From assembly GCA_036172245.1 (NCBI GenBank), contig JAYWIR010000048.1, positions 992,001-1,056,000 of the forward strand: 64,000 nt of DNA, given 5' to 3'. Every line of letters starts with the position of its first letter. Within the stretch, counting starts at the first letter, position 1. A program made the translations under genes and the position numbers. The notes below the pieces were generated by a model. That model searched no databases and was not told the origin of the DNA. It was given only the letters and a program-made list of their open reading frames with translations. Origin of the DNA: Raillietiella orientalis (Eukaryota). This document shows, piece by piece, positions 12,901 to 25,300 of the stretch.

Positions 12901-14232
12901 CTCGTTTTGCTCCCCTACTTGCCCCAATTTCCCGCCCTGGTTCTTGCTGGGGTTGCCGGAGGAAGGAGCGCGCGCTGGTAGGTGGGGCTGTGAGGGCGTG
13001 CCCTTGCGGCTTCACCGCGCGCGTCCCACCGAGCGGCAGCAGCTGCGAATGGCGACAGGGACCGCGCGGCAGCACGAGGAGGGAGGGGGAGGGGGGAAGC
13101 GCGCGCGGAAGGAGAGCAGGGAAGCTGGGGCGTGGGACGACGGCATTGGGGAGCGATCTCCTCTTCCCTCCGCCAGGAAACCGAGGGGGAGGGCGGCAGC
13201 ATGCGCGCACCGTCTCGGGGAGACCCTACGGGAGAAGCTGCGTTGGGTTTGCTCCGGGAGAACGGGCGGGGGAGGGGAAGGGCTGCGAGAGAGGGAGCGC
13301 GCGCCGAGGAGGAAGCTGTCGGGAGCGCCGGTCGAGGGCGGGCGAAGAGGAGAGGGGGGAAAGGCAGAATACGAGAAGAGGCTACTCACCCCGAAGAAGA
13401 TCTCCTTGAAGCACATGGTCTTCTTCATGGCGATGAGGCGCTGGTCCAGAGGCAGGGATGGATAGGGCAGACCGACAGTAGTGATGGCGTCCATCCAGTA
13501 GGAGGAGAGGTTGAAGAAGCGGTCAGTGCTCCAGTCGACGGGCTGGCCGCGGCCTGAGTGCACTCCGGGCAGGAGGACTGTGTGCCTGGGATCGCTGGGG
13601 GGCACGTTGAAGTGCGGGAGGTCGGCGGGCGGCTGTTGCTGCTGCTGCTGCTGCTGGCGCCCGTAGAGGGCGGCGTACTGGCGGTAGTGCAGCGCCACGA
13701 AAAGGGGGATGATGGTGTCGTAGTGCAGCCGGAAGCGGTCGGCCGGGTCGCCGGTCAGCACGGGGAAGGCATACCCACGGTCGTAGATCTGGTCGCAGCG
13801 AAAGGTGGAGGAGTCGACCGGGGCGTCCCCCTTGGGGCGGACGTTCCACACGCGGGCCACGCCGTCGCAGTCCTCGAGCCGGGCGAGGTCGCTGAAGCCC
13901 ATGTAGAAGGTTGTGTCGCCGCTGGGCAGGAACACGTTGGTCAGCTTGCAGAAGCGGGGCGGCGAGCGGCCAGGGTAGCTGTCCACTCTGGACGGTGACC
14001 GCAGGAACTGCCGTGACATCCCGCGGATGGCGGCGTCGGAGGCGGCGACCAGCGAGCTTCCTCCCGTGGCGGCTGCGGGGAGGGAGGGCGAGGGAGGGCC
14101 CAGGAGGAGGAGGAATAGGAGGAGGAGGGGGGCGCCGACAGTGGAGAAGGGGGGGGCGAGCGGAGGAGACGGGGGGCTGCAGAGGGCCAGATCTCCAGGA
14201 GGAAGCAGCGTGGCCTCCGCATCCGTCCCCAT
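774..14232 (-). CDS. Glycosyltransferase family 61-like (EOGT/POMGNT2-like) protein, 4 coding exons, about 461 aa
   Basis: Exons 14232-13390, 11615-11485, 6322-6112 and 974-774 join through GT-AG sites in phases 0, 2, 0. Motif order matches GT61: hydrophobic N-terminal segment, RFCKLTNV, FRLHYDTIIPLFVAL, CFKEIFFG, RSFISFAKDRLGI, SFAEQAIRMQNVSVLIG...LYLPSESIIVEV, YLVWN. Start codon is uncertain because the frame stays open upstream (another ATG at 14578-14580). Family call is from recalled motifs, not a search. Confidence 0.75.
5205..5610 (-). mobile_element. Same SINE-like family, headless copy in GT61 intron 3
   Basis: cttcaag..tagaggg, tgaatccaggaag, tctccgaagggaaccc and ggaaggaccc shared with the 31637-32381 copy. 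Confidence 0.6.
6112..6322 (-). CDS. GT61-like gene, exon 3 (DEENNTINFRRLRN...SFAEQAIRMQNVSVLIGKRRDALISGLYLPSESIIVEVTSE)
   Basis: cctttcag acceptor, GAG|gtaaat donor. Confidence 0.82.
11485..11615 (-). CDS. GT61-like gene, exon 2 (TPRADYANTSVVRSFISFAKDRLGIQESATPVHAGTPTVGLLL)
   Basis: tttgctccgtag acceptor, GA|gtgagt donor; bridges phase 0 to phase 2 exactly as required; this frame is not in the ORF track. Confidence 0.8.
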
Positions 14233-15150
14233 GGTAGCTGCTGCTGCTGCCGGCCCCGAGGATGGCAACGTCGTCTTCGTCGTCGTCGTCGTCGTCGCCG
14301 TGGCGCGCCAGTCGGACGCTCCCGCACGCCGCGCGGATGGAGACTGAGCGAGTGCCACCCGCCCGGTGGACGGGAACGCCGCGGCGGCTGCGCGCGCAGC
14401 CGCGGGAAGTCCTCGGGCCGCATGGACAAAGGGCGACCGAGGGAGCCGCCGCCGCCTCGAAGGGTGGGGGAGGAGGAGGAGGAGGCGCTCACAATGCGGA
14501 TCGAGACAGCTGCGGCCGCCGCCGCCAGTAGCGCCGCCCCAGGGGCAGGCGGGCGACCCCCGCGAGCAGGACAAAAGCATAGCCGGTCGGTCGCGTCCTG
14601 CCACCGCCGTCGCCCTGAGAGCGCGCCGGGGTGGAGGCGCCTCCGGCCCCGGCCCGCTTCCCCCCCGCCCCCCTCCCCACGCTCGCTCAGTAGAGACACA
14701 ACGCCGGTGGCGAAGCAGCTTCGCCCCACTGCCGCGAGGAGGTGCGCGGCTCCCCCCCCCGCGCGCGCGCGCGCGCGCCCGGCGAAAAAAGCGCGCAGGA
14801 AGCGTTGCCTCGGAGACGGGGCGGGAGAATCCCGACCCTGACAGAGAGAGGAGAAAAAGAGAAGGAGAGGAAAAGGGGAGGAGGGAGGGGAGGCGGGAAC
14901 AAAAAGAGGAGGAGGGGGGAGAGAGACGCTCTCTCCAGACAACCCCGGCCGGAGGCAGCTTCCGCCCATCTGCCCGGCCCGCGGGATGGATGACGCACCG
15001 CCCCGGACTGGCGGGTAGGCGGCAGCTGCTCGGAAATCCGGCGCGCGCTCCCGACAAAAGCTCACGCCGTGCGGGGGGAGGACGAGGAGGGGCAAAGACA
15101 TCGCAGGCGCACTGCTGCTGCGATTCCTCTTGCCCGGAGGTCTGAGGGGG
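12850..15150. promoter_or_regulatory. CpG-rich domain over the 5' end of the GT61-like gene, including a (GC)9 run at 14761-14778
   Basis: Very high GC and CpG density by eye; the promoter role is inferred only from position. Confidence 0.35.
13390..14232 (-). CDS. GT61-like gene, first coding exon (signal/anchor LLLLFLLLLG, polyQ tract, ends CFKEIFFG)
   Basis: Strong third-position C/G bias at 13390-14030; GGG|gtgagt donor. Confidence 0.8.
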
Positions 15151-18056
15151 AGGCTCACCCTCTCGGGCACTCACCACGTCCTCCCCCAGTCCTCCACCCC
15201 GAGGGCAGGCCCTTCCTCCTCTCTCCAAGGGGAGAAGTCTTCCCTCCCCAGCATCCCCGTCTCCATCTCCAGTCCAGGAATTGGAGGGCAAGAGCTCTTC
15301 CTGCGTGCGCCCGCCGCTACCCCGGAGCAAGGCACCACTGTCGCGTCGTCCGACTTGCGGCGATGGGGGAGAGGGGCACCGTCATTCAGTTGAGTCCTCC
15401 GGGACTGGGCGGGCGGCCAAGCCCTCTCGCTCTTCCGGACGCGAAGGAGGACGCCAGGGACGGGGCTCACACGCCATTCCGGAGGACGAGGGATGTTGCC
15501 ATGGCAATCCCGTTCCCACCGCTTTCTCTGAGATCGTCTTCCTTTCCTCCTTGTCCCTTCCTTTTTCTCTCCTCCTCCTACCTTCTTCCTCCTCCTCCGC
15601 CCCCTCTTCCCCTCCTCTTTCTTCGTTCTCTTCTTCCTTCCACGCTCCTCCTCTTCCCCCTTCCCTCGTCTCCCTTCCGAGGCCACTCGATCCGTAGCAG
15701 CGGAAGTCGCCTTCTTCCGCTTCTCTTGCTGCGGCGACCTCCCCCGGGGGCCGCAGTCAGGAGGTGGGAAGTGGACACCTGCACCCACGCACGTGGGGGC
15801 TCCTTCAGTGTCCTCCCTTCCTCAGCAGCTTCCGCAGCACAATGCGAGTCCCGGGAAGGTGGAACGTCTTAGGGACGCCGCGGATCTTTCCTCCAGAAGG
15901 TCTGAGGGGAAGGACCACCCGCCCACACACTCACCACGCCCTTTCCCGGTCCTCCCCCCGTGGCAGTATCCTGCTCTTCCTCCCCACCAAGGGCCGCCCG
16001 CTGAGAGCGCGTGGACCCCCCCGGCGAGGACGGAGGGGAGGAGGAGGCGCGGAAGCGGGTGAGTCCCAGCTTCCACTCCGTCTTCGCCCCCGCGACGCCG
16101 CCGGACCGTTGAGTGCGCCCTCGAGGAAGGAGGGGAGGAGGCCGAGGGGCGGCTCCGGCGACACCCCAAGGATGGGAGCGCTAGGTGGCGCTCCTCCAGG
16201 CACCAACGACACCTCTTCGGGGGACTGGCGCCTTCGCTTCCGCTGCCCGACCGCGGCGCTCTCCGAGAGCTGCGGCGTTGCTGACCGGCGCTCATCCTCC
16301 GTGCGGGGGTAGGGTGGGGATGGGCTGCGCCTGCGCCGTCCGTTCGGATTTTCCGCCACGCGACGGACTTCCGGGAGCAGCGACAGGAGGTCGCCCGCAC
16401 GGCGGACTGTGGCGAGGCAGGACGCCTATTCTGCGGGAGCGGATCCCTGGAGGAAAAGCCGCCAGGCGGCTTCGGACTGCAGGGCAGCTCACGGACGCCG
16501 CGACCTCAAAGGGCTCCCTGAAGAAAGGACCTGTCCGCCGGGTCGAACTCCCGGAAATGCCCCTTCGGGAAGACCCGGAGTCTCCCGCGGCGCTCCCGGT
16601 CCGCTCTCTTCCTCGAGTGCGGCTCCGGATTCCCCGCACGTGCGGGACGTCCGTCTGCGCCCCTGGACCAGGGGCGGGGGGAAATCTGAACTGCCGCAAG
16701 GGTGGGCAGAAAGGGATTCTCACTGTCCCGACCCGCGTCTGCTGGCGAATCGCAATGCCCTTCGACCTTTACGGGGTCGTTGCGCCACGACCCTCTGGAT
16801 GGCATCCCCGGAGGCGCCTCTTCGCACTTGGGACGCGCCGTCGCCGGCCGCGTGCCTTCGCTGTCTTCGAGGGAGGGCGGCGGACTGGAGCGACACCGGG
16901 AGAGGGCGGCTGTGGCAGAGGGGGCGCCGTGCACCTCACCCTCTGTTTCTTGCGGGGGAGGCGAAGTGGTCCCCACCTGCGCACGACGTGACCTTCCCGG
17001 CGCCCTTCGAAAGATGCGGGGACACACCCGGCGGCACGCGACGACCCCTTCCCGAACCCCTTCTCAACTTCCCATCCCAACGAAGACTCCCTTTTTTTCG
17101 ACCACGTATTTGATTTTTGCTTTTCCTTGCACTCGCCCCCCTCCCCTCCGTTGCCGTGGCGCACTCTCCGGCCTGCATGCCGGCATCTCGGCAGGTCCCT
17201 CGCTCTTCCTTTCTTTCCTTTTCCAAAAGGGACGCCCCGGGACAACCAGGTGAAAAAATCCCCACCGAGTTCGAGGGTGGCGGATGAAACGCCTCGGGGA
17301 TCGCCCTCCGGCTCCGTATCCAAAAACAGGAACACCGGGATCCGGGCGCGCGCAACCTGAACTCTGCTTGCCGCCCGCGCGCCACCCCAGAGGCGGCGTC
17401 ACGTGCGCGCGCCCCGAGGCGGCAGCGTCCGACAACCGCGCGTGCGGGCTCTCTCTGCAGGGCTGTCACATGCCATGATTTTTTCCACCTTTCTCCTCCC
17501 TCCTTCCCCTCACCCCCCACCCCGACGTCTCCCTTTGTTCACCTCGCCTCTTGGCGAGGGGAAGGCGAAAGCGGAAGCGAGGGGGGGATAAGGGGGGAAG
17601 GGGGGAAGAAAGTACGAAAAAAAAAAGAGAGAGCTTCGAGGACATCCCGCCTCTTCCGCACGGACCGCGCGCGTTCCGCGTTGTTCGCGCTCGCTCAAGC
17701 GATGCCGATGGGATCGAGGGCGCGACCTCCGCCCTCCTTCTCCGCTCGCGCCAACGCGTCGCCGTCGTCCCTCCTCGCCGCTGATCTCACCGCCCGCACC
17801 GACCCTGCCCTTCCCCTGCATTCTTTGCCTCCACCCCCGCGCGCCCCCTTTGTGCCGCCGACCTCCTTCTCGTCCTTTTCTTCCGCCGTCCCTTTCTTTC
17901 CCTCCACCTCGCCCAGATCCGAACCTGCCGGGAGAAGGAAAGGAAACGAAAAAAAAAAATAAAATAAAATACGTCCCGACAAAGCAGGGGGAGCCCCGCG
18001 CGCGGTTCGCAACAGAAGGGAGCGGTCAACCCTGCCGCTTCTTTCAGGACGCGGGT

Positions 18057-18252
18057 CGAGGAAGAAGGAAGGGGGGAGGAAAAACAAGGAAGGATGGTGA
18101 CGATGATGGCGACGATGAGGAGGAGGAGGAAAAGGAGAAGAGGGGGAGGAGGGGTGAGGGGAGAGGAAAGGAGGAGAAAGGGAGGAAGAGGAAGATGAGG
18201 GAGGAGGAAGTAAGGCAAGAGGAGGATCAGGAGGAAGGGAGGAAGAGGAGGA
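18057..18252. repeat. GA-rich (GAG/GAA) low-complexity polypurine tract
   Basis: Directly visible; similar tracts at 12560-12668 (purine) and 15538-15678 (pyrimidine). Confidence 0.85.
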
Positions 18253-20428
18253 TCTTCCAGCGGCCGGCGGGCCGATCGAGAGAATGCTGGACGCTCCGCA
18301 CAGCGTCCGTCCGTCCACGTGTCACCTGGAAGGTTACCGCATCTTTTCCTGCGACCGGGGAGAGTCACGTTCAAGGTGGCAGAGAGGATGGTGACCCTGT
18401 GAGATGCCGAACCTGCTGCAGCACATCGCGAATGGTCTTTCGCGAAGATCACCTGAAGTCCTGAGAGGGGGAGGAGGATGAGAGAAGGGAAGATGCATTC
18501 TCAGCCTTCCTTCTTCCCCGAACCAAAGCGAAATTGAAACTGGAATTTCCCGAACCTTCGTTTCCATAGCAGCGGTGCTCGCCTAGGTGCCTGCCTCCCG
18601 GGGGGACGCACCGGCGGGAGGGTGATCCACCGTGCCCGCGATCAGCCCTCGGGAAGAGCACGCAGGGGTGGCGAGTGCTCCGGAGGAGGAGGCAGAGGGG
18701 TGAGGTGAGGGGTGAAGCAGCACCGCTGGCCCCGATTTTCTCGTCCTGAGCTTTCGAGTTTCCCCGCGGGCGCGCGGCGGACTTCGATCGGAACGGAGTT
18801 GCCGCCGAACCGCCGTCGTGACGTCACCCGCGCGAACGCTCTCCCCTCAGTGCCCGCAGACTTTCCCGGGGCAGAGGAGCAGCAGCTGGCAAGCGGTGCG
18901 TCTGTTGGGCGTGGGCCGGTTCTGGAATGCAGCCAGTGGTCGTTGCCTCGGGAGGAATGCCTCGCTCGCCGGCGCCCTCGAAGGTCGCAGCATCCTAGTC
19001 CTTGAGAGCATGGGGGAGAAGAGTGGCGAGCTTTCCGGTGGTCGGTTCCTGCTCCCTTCCCTCCCGTCGGACCCCGAGGCTTGCGTTCCCGCAAGGCGGG
19101 AAGGACGCGCGTCTTCCAGCTTTTGCAGGGACTCTCCTCCCTGCCGTCACGATGCCGTCAGACAGGCCACCGTGGAATCCAGACCACTGCCCCTCGATTT
19201 CCACGGTGACGGCCGCGGTGGCGAGGGCTCGCGCATGTGCGCACACCTCCTGTATCCCCGGAAAGGCTCCCTGAAGCGCTCTCGTTGCTTTCCGGAGACG
19301 GGCGGGCGCGCAAAGACGGAGGTCGCTGCTGCCCGGGCCGGAATGCGGGCCGCGGAGACGCGCGCCCGCGTTCTAGGAAGAACGACGGCAGCACTCATCG
19401 ATCCGACTGGCCCTGGAGCCATCGTGGGGGGAAAGCCATCCATGCTGCCCTCCCGCACCCAGATAAGTCCAATCCGCGTGCTCCCGCGAGCCCCTCCGCC
19501 GAACCGATACTTCGCCGGGTATCCATGGCTACCGGATGAGCCTCGGGAAGCTGCTGGACGTTCCTTCTTCCCGCAGAAGCTCCTCAACTTTGTCGCTGAC
19601 GGTTTCCACTGAAAAATCCGATCGCGCGACCTGCCCGAATCTGTCAGGCCTCATGTCCTTGGGGAAGAACGTGGAAGCTTCTTAGGCGCAGCTTCCAAGG
19701 TGCTTCGTCCCCAGTGACTTTGCCACTGCACACAGGGTGTTTCTCCCTGTTGGCGTTTCTCTAAGTTTGGATTGGGGAAGCGAAATCTACGCCACCCCTG
19801 CTGTACCCGATACCATCTGGAGATGCTGCTGGTACTTTCGAAAGAACTGGACAGAAGCTGCTGCACTCATCACGATTACCTCAGGCTACAAAACAAAACT
19901 CTCTTTCCCCCAACGGGAGCTAGCAGCACTTCGGTTTAGTGGGATCGCCGTCTTTTCTAGGGACGCGTGCATGCGTGGCGCTCTGGCGCAGCGTTCCCGG
20001 ATGTCGTACCCAGCAGGTCCCCACGTCAGGAGTTTCCCCCCACTTCTCTCCAGGAACGAAATCCCTCTGCGCTGCTTGTTTCCCTTCCTCGACGAAGAAC
20101 TTGCGTGGCTCCCGTATGGTAATGTGGTCTTCAACTCCTCGCGTGAAAGTTCCACGCAAAGAAAAGAAAAAGAAGAAAGTTCCTCGTAACCAGGGTCTCT
20201 CTCTCTTCCTCTCTCCCCCATTGCAGAGTCTGCCTGGAAATTTCCTCTTCCTGACCGTCGAAGAACTCTTCCTGGTTTGTGGGACGCGGGCGTTTCTTGC
20301 AAGCCCACTGGATGCTTGCAGAGGAAGTCTCGACATGTTCAGCACTCGGGGCTGCTGCCGGACAACCGCTGGAAGGCGCCGGTGAAATCGCACAGAGGAA
20401 AAATCGCAAGAATGATAGCGGAAGATCT

Positions 20429-20885
20429 GCGTCGGCTGCTGCGTAGCTGCGGCCTCCCCGCGTGCGCGCGGCACCAAGTCGTCTCGGGTTCGAATCCCGC
20501 CCGGGAAAGGACCGACTCCGAGAAATGGACCCGGAGGGCAATGTGGGAAATGGATGTAGTGGGTTTGGAGCTCCCCCCAGCAAGATGACGCTGGTCGGCT
20601 TGGTCGACTTTGAGTGCGGCGAAGGTAGAATTCCCCTGACCGGCGTGGTGATGTCCAGCATCCAACACCTCCGAGACACCCTCTAGGAGACCCTTAAGCG
20701 ACGAAGAGAAGACCTACTCGTTCAAGTCCATGGGATAAAGCCAGCGATCTCCATAGCAAATGCTGGAAGCCGGAAACCACCGGATGTCCTCCGCTGACTG
20801 GTCGAGATTGAAAGTTGACCCTTCTGGGTCCTTTCAGGAATCGAGGAATCCTTCGTGGTTTCCCTCCGGTTGTACAAATGGAGTC
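20429..20885 (+). mobile_element. Same SINE-like family, head plus partial body
   Basis: gcgtcgg...cgcggcacca...gggttcgaatccc, caagatgacgctggtcggc and gggtcctttcaggaatc match the reverse complement of 32150-32381. Confidence 0.6.
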
Positions 20886-22090
20886 GTTTCCCCCCTTCCC
20901 CCCCCGGGGGGTTTATCGCTCGATCAAGCCGGGGTTGTTTATTATAAAAAATAAACATACATGTATAGGACCATCGGTCCTATATCGTCTGAAAATGCTC
21001 GGAACCTGCCGAATAACCGGCACGCAGGCCGGCGAGGTTCTCCTCGGCAGCAAAGGAGCAAATAAAAATAAAAATAAAAGAAAATCAATAATAATAAAAA
21101 ACCTGGGGAGCGCGGGGATCACTGTCCGCTGGAGGGTGCGCTCTGCATCCTTTCCAAGATTCCGGCAAGTTCTTCTGAGTATGTCCCATGTAGCCTTGCT
21201 GCCGTCCTCATGAAGTGCAGGGCGAAGCAGATGGCGTCCCTATCATGCCGTCCTCCCCTTGCGTAGCTCCAGGTCGACGCGATCCCACGTAGGCAGCAGC
21301 GAAGAGCTGCTGGCGATGCAGCAGGAGAAAGGACATCGCGCAGAAGAGGCGCTTCAACAATTCCCTGGGACTGTCCTTTGATGCCCCAATGACCCTTGCA
21401 TAACTCAACCGCAGGGGACAGAGGACAACACAGTCTACAAGCAAGTGCAGGAGGGATTCCTGTTTCCCTCACCTGCAGCAGTTGGGGTCCACAGCCCCCC
21501 GGGGCCAGTGAGACCGGCGGGCGTTGCAACAGCAAAAGTGCCGACACGGGCCACTTCAGAGGGAGGGCCCGGTTGTTATTCAGTGCTGGGGGCCACTCGA
21601 GGTCTTTCTATGAGATTCCCAACAGCTCACTTCAGCGCTACAGTCCTTTTTGTGGGGCACTTGGGGTAGCAGCGTCCCCGAGATGACCCTTGGTCCAGCC
21701 ACCTATTCCTTCTCTCGGCCCGAGATTTCACAACGGACTTCCCATTTGGCCGGCTGGTTGCTGCCCAGATGCTACCTGAGGGAAGGCAGCGCCGCGGCTA
21801 GTGAGGTTCCTTGCGCCCACGCACGCGTGGTGGGCTGCACGATGACATCCTGCAGCGAGCGGTTGCTGTAACAAGAGTACAACAGTCTCCACCGCAACTC
21901 CAGGCTCGCTTCGTTGTTCGTGGCACACGTGCGGACGGTTTCCTGCAACCAAGCACTACCGCCCGCGGGTCGGCAGGAGATCCAGATGTTGGTTCTGGTC
22001 TGCTTGTTCCCCCTCGGGGGGTGATCCTCCATCGCGTGCCATGGAGCTGGTGCATCGATTGACGCCTCTCCAGAGTGTGGAGTAGCGACC

Positions 22091-22353
22091 TGACCCCTTC
22101 GGGGTTCTCTTAAGAGGAGGAAACCATGAGCGGATCCTTTCAGGGTTCCCTCCGGAGGCAACGCGGATGAAAATTCCTTCGGAGTACTCTCCCAAGCGTG
22201 AGAGGAATGGACTGCTTCCTCCGGAGCCTTCCTGGATTCAAAGGGTGCTCCTCCCGGGGTCAGCTTATGAATCCAGGAAGGGATGCCCCCTTCAAGTTAT
22301 AGAGGGTGACCCCCTATGACTTGAAGAGTCACACGTATCCTCGGGCGGCGTGG
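22091..22353 (+). mobile_element. Same SINE-like family, 3' part with internal inverted duplication
   Basis: ggggttctcttaagaggag, cggatcctttcagggttccc, cttcctggattca and cttgaagagtc are reverse complements of 5205-5425 segments. Confidence 0.6.
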
Positions 22354-25300
22354 GCAGTTTTTAAAGAGCTTCGTACCCTCCTCCCCCCTAGGAAGGCGAA
22401 CGGTTCTTCGGTACTCCTTGAGGAACCCTCCCTCCCCTTTAAAAAAAAAAAAAGGGGGAGGGAGGGGGGGGATTCAAACTGAGATCCTCACCCCTCTTCG
22501 TTTCGGGCCACGTCGCGATGCGCCGGCCTTGAGGGGACGGGAGGTGACGTGATTCGAGAAAGCACTTTGCGAGAGCGCCGTCCAGACGGACGCCCTGCCT
22601 CCCGACGGCAGCCGGCGGAACTGAGGAAAGGTGTTCGAATCCCGAAACCTGTGAGGCTTGTGCAGGGAACCAGAAGGGAGACTCTCGGTTCCCATTTCTT
22701 CCTCTTAGCAGGAGCACCGTCCAGGGATGCTGCATCGCGTCGTCGAGGCAGCAGAGCGAATAGCGCAGTAACGCGGAAGGGGTTATCAGTGATTCACGAT
22801 GGGGAAGGGGGGCGGACCTGTTTCTCCCATCTTGGAAGGAGCGGCCGCTCGCGGGAATGTCACCCTCCATAAAGGTCACGTCCAGCCGCTCGTTGAAGAC
22901 AAATTTTGATCCCGCCGGCCTTGCAGCTTCCCGAAATTCCGATTCTCAGCGTCTATATACGCGCAACTGCGCACCGACGGCAGCGCCGCGGCGGCGCCTT
23001 CTACGTGTGTGCGCCGCACGAATCACAAATAAATCAAAGCGCATTCATCCCTGGGGAAATCCTCCGGGATTAATGAGGAAATGCGCTTGACATTGACCTG
23101 CGCGCATTTTCGCTCCGAAGCGCTCCCTGCGGAAGAGCGGAAGTGAGGATTTTCGAGATGGCACTTTCTCAAGCGCACGACTTTGACCGTGGTCGCTGCT
23201 CTGCAGATTTGGGAGGGGGGGGGGGAGGTATGTGGCACCCCTGCATTTCGGGCTTGTCCTGGATCGCAGCCCCTTTGCAAGGTTCGAACCGGTTCATTTT
23301 GTCGAATCGGCAGCTGCTGCCCTCTCTGGACTGGAGTTCCCGTCTGCTGCTGATTTGAATTTGAGCAAATCATTTCGATTTTGAGAAAGACTCCATGCTC
23401 CATGCTCGAGGGGGCAGTCGGGGCGGCTGTCCATCCGTCATCTCACCAGCTGAACTCCCTGCACTGATGAACACTTCTCTGAGTGCCCATCCCTCTCTTC
23501 CCAGCAGCTCATTAGGAAGGTTGCCGATTTGCCGACTGTTTGTTCGCTTGCGGCTGTTGTCGAGACTACCTTTTAGGAAGAGCACATCCCGATACGAACA
23601 CCGCAGAGGGTGTTTATCCATGTTTGTTTTCCCTAGCCGTGCGTGCGTGGGCACCATCTGGGCTTCACCTCCGAGGTCGGATGGAATGCTCTGAGAAAGC
23701 GCTGCGGGAGTACCGCATCCTGACCATGAGCGACAACACTCCTGGATGGGAGAAGCTGCGTGCGCACCCTCGCCGTGGTCTTCCCGAATTCGAAATGCCA
23801 TCAAAGAGCATTCCTTCTACGACCTCGGAGCTCTTAGTCTGATGGTTTGCTCCGATGCCTCTTCGATCACCTTCCTACCTCAAAGGTCAGTTTCTTCCCC
23901 GAATCCATGACCGCGGGATGTCAGCAGCCCGCCTCTTGGAGGTGGTGCTGCCCCTGCAGTCCGATGGCGTGGCGACTTTCTCCGGTCATCCAAAATCTGG
24001 CGGCGCCGGAATGCTCCCCGAGTCCGAGGAATTTCAAATCGGCGCTGCAACACGCCGCGGTGACCTTCCGCAGAAGGCAGCTGGGTTGAGGAAAACGTGC
24101 GCAGCCAGCTGCTGGACCGAAATCCTTGGGTTTGCAGTGACCACGTGCTCTGCACCCAAGGCACCTGTCCAGGGGTCTGTCTGGCTGGAAACCCCGAAAG
24201 ACCGTGAAAAATGATCTCTTATCCTGCGTGGAGCATTCACGCGCAAAGTTGCTTTAATGGCCGTCCATATTTATTCATATTTATCCATATTTATTCACGT
24301 GTTCTCAACGGCACCACCATGGGAAACAGATATACATTCGTTAAGATTCACTGACATGTTATTATACATGTTCGCATGTATATTTACATAAAGATTGCTG
24401 TATGGATTAACATATATCGTGAAGATTATGAGAAATAAATATATACACTTATTGTGTATATTAATACGTGTATTTGATATGTGTGTGCGTGTGTACACAC
24501 TGATAGTCATTTATATACATATATATTTATATTATCTATAAATATGGACGCACATAATAAACACGTATATTCATTTTCTCCAATCTCTAATACATATATA
24601 TATGTCAGCAGTATTATCAAAAGCTCATTAATTACATTAATACAATGCATGCCAGTGAACCTTAATAAATATGGCTGTCACAATAGCATTGCTGTTCATA
24701 ACATGGCGTGTTGATAAATAGGAACGAATAGACCCATGAAAATAAGTTTAGGAAGTATTAATTTAAGTGAGGTCGGCACTTCGCGGTCTTTCGGAGTGTT
24801 TCGGGACGGCCGACTTCTCCGCAGCGACCCCAATTTTGGGGGCGACGCGTGTGCTCCTACGCCCCGCGTTCCGTGCATGGAGGCGCCCTTCGGCCTCGCT
24901 GCCTGCAAGAGCAGCATGTCGTCCACTTTGCAGCAGGAGGAATGTGTGGTCCACAGTGAGAAAAAAAAAAAAAAAAAAAAAAAAACGCCATGCAAGCCGC
25001 CCCCCCCGCGCGCCGCGAAGCGACGCTGAAAAGATCTCTTTCGAACGGGCTGCAAGCGGAGGAGCAGCCTCCGACGTCTCCCAGCAACCCGACTTCCACG
25101 AGGTGCATATGGGGAGGAGACCACATTCCGGTGGATGGAAGAGGAGGATTAGGGGGAGGGAAGACGATTCTCAGACGAGATCTTTCGCAGTCCTGCCGCC
25201 GAAACGATGAGCATCTTTTGATGCTGCCGCGAAGGCGTGGTCCATCTCTCCCTTTCCTAGTTGAACGCAGCGGCGACGGTGGATGGGATGCACGCCGGTG

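Noticed and set aside
13012..13389. 3' tail of the 772-aa ORF
   Set aside because: Lies past a strong GGG|gtgagt donor; intronic read-through.
13558..13998. Plus-strand 146-aa ORF
   Set aside because: Antisense shadow of the GT61-like exon 1.
14233..15330. 5' part of the 772-aa ORF 13012..15330
   Set aside because: Low-complexity Arg/Pro/Gly/Ser translation typical of a GC-rich non-coding region; only the downstream part has coding signal. An upstream start at 14580 is not excluded.
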